Assembly: GCA_051362555.1 (NCBI GenBank)
Contig: CM120647.1
Coordinates: 5,456,001 to 5,520,000 of the forward strand
Length of the DNA: 64,000 bases
Source: Lingula anatina
Taxonomy: Eukaryota > Animalia > Brachiopoda
Reading direction: 5' to 3'
Positions 1 through 11,230 of the stretch are shown in pieces (position 1 is the first letter of the stretch; each line of letters opens with the position of its first letter). The notes under the pieces are model-generated. The model was not told the DNA's origin, ran no database searches, and was given only the letters and a program-made list of their open reading frames with translations. A program made the position numbers and the translations under genes.

Positions 1-3000
1 CCAGCATTAAGATCTTTCCCCTTCACAGTCAGCCTGGTGCCACCAGACATGGGGCCTTTCACTGGGAACACTGTCTCCAGCCTGGGGTCCTGAAAGGGAC
101 GATTAATGAGATAACTTATTATGGCGGGAAAAGTGACAGAAAAAGGATTTCCCTGTGGTAAACGACTGCGGGGAATTTATTATTTATTATATATATTATT
201 GTTAATATTGTGTTAATTAATTTTGGAATTGTATAACTCAATAGCTGTCTTTATCCCTGTAACTACGCGCTTAAAACTATAGTACATACATTTTTTTATC
301 ACGCCATAATCAATTTTTAATTAGAAAAATATCATCAAAATGTACTAATTTAGTGTAATGACCCAAATATAATATTCTGTCCCAGCATTTGTCATTACAC
401 TTTCCCATCGGGACCAGTGATGTGTATATAGCTGTATTTCAAAACACTTACGCACCACATATCTGAACTGTTTGGAGAGGTTGTATCCTTTAGCTGTTAT
501 TCCATAATTCCATCAACATCAGTGATGTGGTGATAGTTGTCTTTAGAAAAAAATACTCACCACATATCTGAACATCTGGGAATGGCGGTATACTTTGCCC
601 AAACCCTGGACCTGGACCTCTACGGAACCATTCCTGGCCAACCTGCCTGGAGCTTCCGCTGCCGTACACACAATCCTAAAAATATGCAGACATGATTTTG
701 GGAAACAAAACAGTGCAAAAAATGGTTCTGTGGTCATAACAGTTACTGGAGTCTGGTGGACACATAAGGTGGGAAAAGCCATTAAAATGGATTTCCAACT
801 GAAACCAAAACAAAACTTCCTATAAGGAAAATCTTATAATCCTGCCATTCACAATAGCGATTTAAGCTCTATGCCACTAATTCATCTAAGAAACCATTAA
901 TAAATTGGCATGCACTTGTTACATATTTCTAATTTTCTTTAACAGGAGTAAGTTTTTGGACAACAATACAGGGAAATGAACAGGTTTAGATACAACTGCC
1001 ATTGCCAACAGTTACAATTCTTTACCTTTTTGACACCACATAATCTTCTACAACAGGTCTACAGGCCACCCCTGCCAGTCTAACAGTTGGTATACTGACA
1101 TCAGAAATGCCTAAATTGGTGCCATTGATGGTGACTTTGGTGTGACCTTCAACTGGGGCACTCAGTGGAGAAACCTGAAAGACATTGTTTATACTTTTTA
1201 AGGTTGTCATACTCATTGACAAATATGTTAATAAACTTTTCTACTCTGTTCAAATTTCTGTTATACATTATAACTGTTTGTTAAAGACAAAAAATAAAAC
1301 GTCTCAGGAAAAAATGTTTGCTGTGGCTTATCATATTGAAAAGCATATCCATGTGACACTTGAAATCTAAGATAATTACTATACAAAAACTAAATTTTGA
1401 TATAAAGTATCAGACTGACTGGTGGCAAGAACAAGAAATTTACTATATGTATAACAGTACTAACCAAGTTAATGATAACATTAGGACAAGTGCTCTCAAC
1501 TGGCACGCTACATGTTGGGCGATACTTGCACGTCCCTCCACAGAAAGCACATCCAAACTTTGCATCTACAGCCCCAATACATGTGCCACATGTGGTCCCC
1601 AAGATGTCACACTTGTACAGGGTGGCTGAAATAACAGTAACATCATTCTGTAATGGTATACCATATTTACTTAACATGTACTGCCCAACAGTGTTACATT
1701 TGTGTTGTGCATACGCTTTAGTTGTGACAATTTAAAGAATAAACAGCAATAGCAGTAAACTACCAACAAAACACTTGACTTGCAAAACATCTGTACAGGG
1801 TGGCTGAAATAACAGTGACATTATTGTGGCATTACCTATTCCAAAAATATATCATAAAAACTGCCCAACAATGTTACAATTGTGTTGTACACAGATGTAA
1901 CCATGAAAAGAATTTTAAAACAATAATACAAGTAAACTGCCAACAAAATATCTCTTGCAAAATATCTTCGCATGTGAAACCACATACTTCCTCTTTTGAG
2001 AAACAGGTCGTATAATTCTTTCTGAGAAAGTAAGATAATATATTTAAGCATTTACACATTCCAACCTTAACATCTACTAAATGAAAGTTTGAGAGAAAAA
2101 AAAAAGAAGTAGAACTGGTTTGGTTAACAATACATACCACTGACTTGAGAGCCGGTGGGTTGATCAATTATATGGTTATTGTTCCAGATCACTTGGATTT
2201 TGTGTTTTTCCTGGCCTGTATTGGCTGTGTATATAAACTGGAATAATGAACGGAAAACCCCGTTAAATACAACCAAACATCTGATTTAATAATAACGATT
2301 ATAATAAACAAAAAAAAATCAACGGAGATCAAATTGCAGACCAACTGTCTTCATCTTGGAAAAATATATCATCCTATTCTATATTATCTTCTTACTGTAA
2401 ATATTACTTCTTAATTAATAATAATATACTTGGAGTAAATATAAGGATACTTCCTACTTTATCACAATCTGCCTGTTTAGAAAAGAACAGCAACAGGCAA
2501 AAATTTAGACTAACATGTTTCAATATATGACTAGTTTACACACTTATAACTAGGTCGTCTCTTAGATCTGATGGGCTTATGATACGGTAAAGCAGAATCT
2601 GATATAAGTTGGCCTTTAAGGAACAAACTGAATGTTCACTATATCGTAATATGTTTGTATGTGATATCTACTCACAGCGTGGTTCTGGCAGTCTATGACA
2701 CTATCATTCTGTCTGATAGCTCGGACTGTGTTAGTGCCTATCTTACATAGATAACCACCTTGGCCAGCCTGGAATGACGTTGGGGCAAGGTCAGGAACAA
2801 GCAAAATAATTGCAGAGCACAACAGAAACTTATAAAAAAAGCTGTTAGGAGTGTGAATGTCTGGTTTATGTCAGTCTTTTTTATTGAAACTGATTTGAAA
2901 ATGGATTCGTGCTTTATTGTAATAATGCCAAACCACAATATATCTTCCCATAATCACGAGGTTCTCTGTCGCAAAAAAAAAAACATAAGTAAAAAGAATG

Positions 3001-6000
3001 TATTCCTATGTGAACATATAAGGAACGATAACGTGATTCAGAATCACATTTAAGAGAACTTTACCAGTGGCACAGGTAGGTTCTTCCCAATCAGCGAGAT
3101 CACCTTGGTGACACCAACAGGTAACAGGACGTCATGTGCACGTGGCAGGAGCTGGGGACACATGGTGGGACCTTTAATATCCACATTGGCATGGCTCTGA
3201 AATGTACGAAGGAAGACAGCACTATTACTTATCCGCAAAATTATTTCTGTTCTTGAAAACCGACATTAAAAATTGTGCGTAAACAAGATAATATTCATTT
3301 CTAGTTTCAGTAGCAGTGTTTCACATGTCACTAACATGAGAAATTGCTTCAGTGACCCGATATATTTTCTGGCTTTATCTAGGTTTTGAAGAAAAAGGGT
3401 ACACACGGACTAATAAAAAAATAATTGAACGTACATTCTGTCCTGGTATCACCCCTCCACTAGGACTACAAGTACTGCTGGCGTGGGTGCACCTGTTAGC
3501 ATATATACACCAGTCACAGGCCCAACTACTGCTGGTACAGGACATACACCTACAGTAATAATACATACATACACGTGTTAGCATATATACACCAGTCACA
3601 AGACCAACTACTGCTGATACATGACACGCAACTGGTAATCAATACATTTTAAGAGAGGCCCGAAAAAAAATACATATAGGAAAAAACAATCAAACGAATA
3701 CAGTATGTTTAGTCTTTGTTTTTTATAACTCTATCCGTATGACCCCTTCGCCCCAGGGGCCTCATCAGGGGTGAAAATTTTCCATTGTAAGCTCCCCACC
3801 TAGTATTTATTTACAATTTGTTGTTTATATAAATATAAACAATCTATTAATGTGAACCCTTAACCATACTTTAATTTCTTCTGAGCGAATCTACGGATAG
3901 CAATGAAAACTAGTTACCCTGAGTGAGCGCCGCAGTCAAAATATGTGAAGTTGGTCGTTAAAAACTTGACTCCCGTCGTTACTGATTTGATAGATATGGG
4001 TATTGTAATGTGATCTGGAATGAAAGTAGTACTTTCTTTAGTGAGTGATTCAAAAATATTTGATAAGAAAATATATCTAAAGAAAAATATGATTCGTCAA
4101 TGTGGTACAGACAAACTTATGTATCAAAATAATATCTTGCAGTGTTTTATTTAAATAAGAATAATAAGAAGAATCATAGCACTATTACTTCAACTAAAAG
4201 TCGGATGATGCATTTGTTATACCGAACTTATATGTTTGTAATGAAGACATGAACACCAATATATTCTAAACATGTTCAGGAACTGCATTAAAATTAAGAT
4301 TTATGGTGTACGATGCAATTACATTGTATCATAAATGTGTAGGAACTACAACTAATTGAGTTACGTATTAAGGGATACGATTGTGTAGGATATTTTGTTG
4401 ATATGATATAGGCCTATATGCAACCTGTATATGAACAAACACCTTACCGTCCTCAGTTGGTATTGTAGGTAAGCTGGTGGGTGTGTCACATGTCACCATG
4501 TTCCCCCATGTGACTGTGGCACTGACAGCTGTGGTATCAAATACACACTGGTAGGTCTGGCCTGGGGGTAGAAGGTTTACTGACATGTTCACCTAAAAAT
4601 ACAAATGAACTCAACGGTGATTCTTTCTTTTTAATGGTTGCTAATATTGTAACTTACAGATACATGTATCAAACTGCCGATTGCATTAAGTCACGTTTGC
4701 AGTGATGTGATTCTCATACCGATGTAGGCCTATCCCTGGGTATGACGTTCTTTATCGGTCATCTGATCGGTTACAACACAGCTTGCCTGGGAAATTCAGT
4801 TAATGAAGGACGCAAAAAGTCTTGGTACAAGTTCAACAGCACTCACTTACGCACAGATGTACATTGAAGCAAGTGTGGCAATACAGTGAAGCTCTATTAC
4901 TAAAAGCTGTTCTATTCTGGACTCTGCCAACTTTCTTCAAGCGATGGATGGAGTCCACCGAAAGATATCACAAAGATTGTTGGTGACAATGTCAAGTGAA
5001 ACAAAAAATGATTATATGAAATAATCCCACGTGTAAAACCACTGTTGGTACCTGTGTGGGTCTGGCTAGTGGTGTGTTTGATGGTGAAATGTTATTGATC
5101 TTGGTACACTGTCCATTATCAAAGGGAAGCCATCTTTCGGCGCCATCTACATCTGAGCATTGACTTTTTCTGCTACATCTAGAAAGTAAAACACGTGGAT
5201 CAGGTGGTTTAATCTGGCCTACAATAACATAGAACGCTGCCGGATAACATTTAAGGAGATAAAACAAGGATGTATTTAAGATGTGCATGCGTTAGTTTTT
5301 TAGTCACACTATCAATGTTGGCCATTTAAGATGATCTGTGGCGGAACAGGCAAGACGTACCCCCAAAGAAAACATATGGCCACTTAATGCAAAACTAGTG
5401 TAGAGTTATTTCATCGCAACCTTCACCAGGCAAAGAACGATTCTTAAAATTAAAATGCACCAAGAAGCAAAGAAGCGGTACATTTGGTATAAACATTCAC
5501 ATTTATTTAATCTGCCGAACAACCCCAAGTTTGTAAAACAAATAAACTTTACGTTAAATATGATCAAATAACATTCTTAACCGTTTCTCGAACTTGTAAA
5601 ACAGCGAAGAGGGTTTATTGCCATCAGGTATGCAACAATAAGCGTTCAATTGCGGGCGTATCTTATTATATTCTTACTTGTTCTCCAGATTACACCACCC
5701 ACAGAACGGATCTCTTGATGCCAGACACTCATCACAACTACTGTAACTACCACAGTCTTCTACCTTCAACTTACTTACCTGGAAATTATTTGATATACAG
5801 GTTTACATGTTATTTTTGACGCATGACAATTAAGCGCTGCACTAATGCCTAGATACAATACTATGATACATGTAGCCTATATATTTTATTCAAATGTTCA
5901 GCTACTCGCTTTTTATATCTTCGTTTGCGAAGTCACGTCATGGTTAAACAATCAGAAATTTCAGGACTTATAGTATGTTTGGGTTGATTTTCCAGCATAA

Positions 6001-6648
6001 CTATATATTCGGTATCAAGCAACTTCCAAAAGCCGTTAATGTACCAGCTCGATAGAACTCACCTTGTATTTGGTCATAACATACACGTGCTCTCCAGTGG
6101 TATCGAACTGTATATCTTTAACCTGATCGCTTGACACTTGCACTGTTGCATATTCTACCGCAGATGTATTAGACTGGATTAATATCTGAAAACATTATTA
6201 ACGGTTAGACATTTCACGAATTTCTTTGCGGTTGATATGTATATTGATGATCTTGTTTAGTTTGAACAAAACGTGGAAAGAAAAGCTATTTTAGGTAGGA
6301 CACATTTGAAAATGTCCTATTAATGCCTTAACATACGGGTACTTTGTCTGTACTTTGATATTAATCCCTAATTCATTATCAACCTCGCTTTTAAATCAAT
6401 GCAGTAGCCCGGTAGATTTCACCATACTTATAAGATTTACATTTTTAAACAAAAAAATCAGCTATGTACTGTTTGCGCACTTATACAGGAAAACCAACCA
6501 CTCAATTGTGCAGTACCTTCTGTAGTCGTCCGTCATCAGTTCCTACAAAAGCCACAGTGTATCTGGTGGTGGTTGTTGTGGCTACTACTGTCCAAGTGGA
6601 CGTGGCTGTCATAGCAGGGGTTGATGTTGACGGGGTGGTTGTCACCAG

Positions 6649-7552
6649 GGCCCGGTTGCACCAACAGGGCGTAAATTTACTCGGCTACGACTGTCGTAAA
6701 CCGCAACGCCTGGCGTCCGTGCGCCAGGTTTACTCTCCCTGCTTACGCCCGTTGCACCAAGACAAAAACTGATGGTCGTAACTACGCCCGAGTAACGCTC
6801 CGTTGCATCACTGCCAAACAATACGTGAATGAGGAGTTCTCAGCTGCAGTCATAATAGAATGATGACATAAATAAACACAAAAGGAGCATTTCAGTGACA
6901 GAGAAATTCATGAGCCACATTATCCCATTTTTATTTAGAAATAAGAACGTTAAAATACGTTTACTTTGCTGTTGCCTTGTATAAATGGCAATAAAATCGT
7001 AAATATATTCCGAATCAAAATAATATTATAGTATGCTATTATAGTATGCTGTTGTAAATGAGAAAAACGCGTTGGAGGCAGTACGTATTTCTATTAATGG
7101 ATTTGAACACCTTCACATTTGTAATCGAAACTATTGAGTCTGAAAATAATGCAAAAAAGCCAGCATTGCTTTCTTTTTATAATTTTACAACAGTGCCGAC
7201 AATTTCATGACCTTTTTTATCTATGGTTACACCGTGAGGTATCATTTAATTCAATCGATCTTACATCTTGGAGATTGAGAAATACAATATACCTCATACA
7301 TATTATATGAGCCTTAAAATGTTGATATTTTAAGCTTTCGTCTCTATGTTTATATACAGTAAAATATGAATGATATAAAATGTGAATAAAAAATGACTAT
7401 GGTTAGTTATGGTTTGTCAAAAATTGTGAAATGCATTAAAGAAACCGTACTGCTGAGAGCCAAGGCGTGTCGACATGAGTGGTAAGATTTAATTTGAGCA
7501 CATGCATATACATGTACATGGCTACGTACACACATAATGTATTTAATAATTA

Positions 7553-7623
<71 letters not shown>

Positions 7624-7936
7624 AGTTTTTTAAAAACCAAGCTATGCAGACGGAAGTTTTGTGTAAGAAACAAATAAATAACAACCCACATAATCTACGT
7701 TAACTACGATAATTGTCATCAAACTCTCTCTGTGCCAGCCTAGCCATAGTGCAAAACGAGCTACGACCGACTTACTCCTCCTACCTGGCAGGCGTAAATT
7801 TACGACTTAGTTAAGACCGACGTAAACACTATTCCAGTTTGGTGCAACTGGCGTTACTCGGGCGTAGCGATTTGCGCCCGGTTTACGCCGGCGCAACTGC
7901 TACGCCTCACTTACGACCGATTGGTGCAACCGGGCC
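6649..7936. mobile_element. Non-autonomous PIF/Harbinger-like DNA transposon, copy A (1288 bp)
   Basis: TIR GGCCCGGTTGCACCAA ... TTGGTGCAACCGGGCC. 3-bp TSD CAG at 6646-6648 and 7937-7939. Internal (TA)n. A CWG TSD and GC-rich GG..CC termini are typical of animal Harbingers. Confidence 0.85.
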
Positions 7937-7939
7937 CAG

Positions 7940-9909
7940 GGGCCGGTTGCACCAACAGGGCGTAAATTTACTCGGCTACGACTGTCGTAAACCGCAACGC
8001 CTGGCGTCCGTGCGCCAGGTTTACTCTCCCTGCTTACGCCCGTTGCACCAAGACAAAAACTGATCGTCGCAACTACGCCTGAGTAACGCTCCGTTGCGTC
8101 ACTGGCCAACAATACGTGGATGGTATAATTGGGCAAATGAGGAGTTCTCAGCTGCAGTCATAATGGAACACCCTGAGCTTCAGAGCTAACTTGACACTAA
8201 CCTTTTCACTGTAGCCTATTCTCCATCGTGTCAAGTAACCTCTGACGAAAATAGTTTGACCTAGTTTATATAAGCCAATCAAATCCATGTTTCAAAATTT
8301 TTCACCAAAGTTTGGTGAAAACGCTGATTGGTTGACCGTCAATCGGCAAACCTCGGCTGATTCCGCAAGCTCCATACTAACAACATAGTTATTGTCGAGT
8401 GCGGAGACATCCGAGTAGTTCCGAGTGTATTACCGTACACAAAGAAAGCAAGGCGAGTGACTACGAAAAAGAATGTGTTAAGTTATCTCTTGATTCTTTG
8501 CAAAATATGAGTAAATCGGAATTGAAACCATAGGGTCTAGCAGTTTGAGGCTCTGCATCATTATCTACTGAGAGACGATGTTATTTGCGTGCTGCCCACA
8601 GGTTACGGCAAGTCCCTGATATTCAGCCTTATCTTTGATTGGTCCGGATTTGAACAAAGCGCGCTTTGACTCGTTCGCGTTCATTGGCTAGATCGTTTAA
8701 TGAGTCATTGAGTGCGGGCTTTTAAATTTGATTGGCGGGCGGCGGAGGCAATCGAATCTGGTCAGAGGTTACTTGACACGATGAAGATAGGCTACAGTGA
8801 AGAGGTTAGTGTCAAGTTAGCTCTGAAGCTCAGGGTGTAATGGAATGATGACATAAATAAACACAAAAGGAGCATTTCAGTGACGGAGAAATTCATGAGC
8901 TAAATTATTCCATTTTGATTTAGAAATAAGATCGTTAAAATACGTTAACTTTGCTGTTGCCTTGGATATATAGCAATAAAATCGTAAATATATTTCGAAT
9001 CAAAATATTATTATAGTGTGCTATGTATGTTAATATAGTATGCTGTTGTAAATGAGAAAAACGCGTTGGAGGCAGTACGTATTTCTATTAATGGATTTGA
9101 ACACCTTCAGATTTGTAATCGAAACTATTGAGTCTGAAAATAATGCAAAAAAGCCAGCATTGCTTTCTTTTTATAATTTTACAACAGTGCCGACAATTTC
9201 ATGACCTTTTTTATCTATGGTTACACCATGAGGTATCATTTAATTCAATCGATCTTGCATCTTGGAGATTGAGAAATACAAGAGACCTAATACATATTAT
9301 ACGAGCCTTAAAATGTTGATATTTTAAGCTTTCGTCTCTATGTTTATATACAGTAAAATATGAATGATATAAAATGTGAATAAAAAATGACTATGGTTAA
9401 TTATGGTTTGTCAAAAATTGTGAAAAGAATTAAAGAAGCCGTACTGCTGAGAGCCAAGGCGTGTCGACATGAGTGGTAAGATTTAATTTGAACACATGCA
9501 TATACATGTACATGGCTACACACATAATGTATTTAATAATCATATATATATATATATTATATTAAATTATAAAATTAGTTATATATATATAAAATTAGTT
9601 TTTTTTAAACCAAGCTATGCAGACGGAAGTTTTGTGTAAGAAACAAACAAATAACAACCCACATAATCTACGTTAACTACGATAATTGTCATCAAACTCT
9701 CTCTGTGCCAGCCTAGCCATAGTGCAAAACGAGCTACGACCGACTTACTCCACCTAGTTAGCAGGCGTAAATTTACGACAAAGTTAAGACCGACGTAAAC
9801 ACTATTCCAGTTTGGTGCAACTGGCTTTTCTCGGGCGTAGCATTTTGCGCCCGGTTTACGCCGGCGCAACTGCTACGCCTCACTTACGACCGGTTGGTGC
9901 AACCGGGCC
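7940..9909. mobile_element. Non-autonomous PIF/Harbinger-like DNA transposon, copy B (same family, with nested insertion)
   Basis: TIR GGGCCGGTTGCACCAA ... TTGGTGCAACCGGGCC with CAG at 7937-7939 and 9910-9912. Colinear with copy A apart from scattered differences and the nested element. Confidence 0.85.
8169..8837 (+). mobile_element. Nested 669-bp TIR element with RecQ-like helicase relic (AcademH-like non-autonomous element)
   Basis: ~78-bp TIRs (8169-8246 and 8761-8837) with termini CACCC...GGGTG. 8-bp TSD TAATGGAA at 8161-8168 and 8838-8845; copy A shows the empty site TAATAGAA. 8541-8630 reads QFEALHHYLLRDDVICVLPTGYGKSLIFSL, RecQ motif I. Confidence 0.8.
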
Positions 9910-11230
9910 CAGGGGAGTATTTCTCCCGCCAAAGTCATGGTTACAGTAGTTTGACCCGTGATTATATGACTAAAGATATAAAGGTATTTAATGAAAAATG
10001 AGTGACGAACGGCAGAAATGGATGGGCTGTTTACAGATAATCTGCAAACACAGGACACAGGTTTTAAAAAAAGGTTGTATTTTTTTACATAGAAATTAAT
10101 TGGACAGAAATGTTTAAATTGATTAGAGGAAAACTTACTGGGAACGAACTGCATCGTTGTGAGCCTCGTGCGTAAGACGCAGCTTCTGTGTTTCCATTCC
10201 CAGCGTAACACTGCTCGTATTTACCTTTTATTATTCTGTTTATACTCTCCATTGAAAATAGACACAAAGCAGTGTTAGCTCCTTTAACAAAGACACCGAT
10301 TAGTACATTATCATTCCTAAGTTTTGTTACCGATATAGATTTCGCTATGCTGAATGACTCGATAGGATTTGCCCCTATGCAATGCAAGGGCATTTCGAAA
10401 TATGAGTAGTACTTATCATCATTCTGGCAAATTCGAACTAATCTTGACTCATACTCTGTGCTGCTAAGCGTTGTCTTTTGGTTGGTGATGAAATAACTGT
10501 AACCGTTCAAAGAGAATCCAGAAACGTAATTTATTAGATAAGTACTTCGAGCAGTGTCAGAGAGGGAAATATACGTTCCCGTAAGGGACAGTGGGTTGTA
10601 GTTTGCCAATTCCAGTGTTTGAAGAGATCTAGTACTAACTGCTGCAACCATCTCCCGAAGTCTACCACTCTCCCCCTGCCCCGTGTACGTAGAAGCCACA
10701 TATAACGTTTCCTGTGAGTTGGGTCCTGGTGCTATAAAAGCAACAGTGGAAGCGTCCGGGGAATTGGCGGCAATGTAATTCTCCAGTGGGCCACGGTTCA
10801 AGTAATCACCGTGCGGAGTTATCTGCGATATATCTGTGACTGTTCGGGACTTACAAGTTCCTTGGTACACGCTACCACACGTTATCAGTTTACCCCTAGA
10901 CTGATCTACTACTAGAATTTTGTTGTAATTGTCAGTGAGCGTTCCCTGTGAGCAGGAAGAAAGAGGTGGAAAACAGTATGGACTATCCGTGACTGGTCCA
11001 GTCGTTACGTTCTGTAACAGTTGTAAGTCACCATCCAGTCTGTAAAGAATATTAACAGCTCCAACATATACAGTCCCAGTGGCGTTAGCAATCGCCATGT
11101 TGTTGAACTCAACTGCTGTCTGTCCACTTGGAAAAGAACTGACAATTGTGGAGGTGAAGGCTATATCGCAGAGATGGAATACAGCGGAGAGGAATAGAAA
11201 TGTCACGAAATTCATTATCGTCTGGTACAT

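Larger units (their letters stand above)
1..11230 (-). pseudogene. Tandem paralog of the plexin/Met-like RTK (exons 1-15 in window, 3' part off-window); exon 2 interrupted by a 3.26-kb transposon insertion, probably a disrupted copy or allele
   Basis: Exons: 10139-11230, exon 2 split into 9910-9969 and 6517-6645, then 6063-6185, 5678-5778, 5052-5178, 4448-4592, 3918-4014, 3435-3549, 3065-3196, 2676-2768, 2138-2237, 1465-1625, 1026-1174, 561-675, 1-89 (partial). Exons 3-14 match the sizes of the intact copy, and all visible exons are open with intact splice sites. The only lesion seen is the insertion. Confidence 0.8.

Noticed and set aside
6464-8136. Repeated ORFs ending RLHQQGVNLLGYDCRKPQRL...HQDKN
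   Set aside because: Translations of the non-coding GC-rich transposon ends; no transposase motifs.
6649-9909. Insertion acting as a cleanly spliced introner-type intron
   Set aside because: The internal GTAAGT donor is phase 1. The nearest AG dinucleotides at the other end give phase 0 or 2 or include an in-frame TAG, and lack a pyrimidine tract, so no frame-restoring splice was found.
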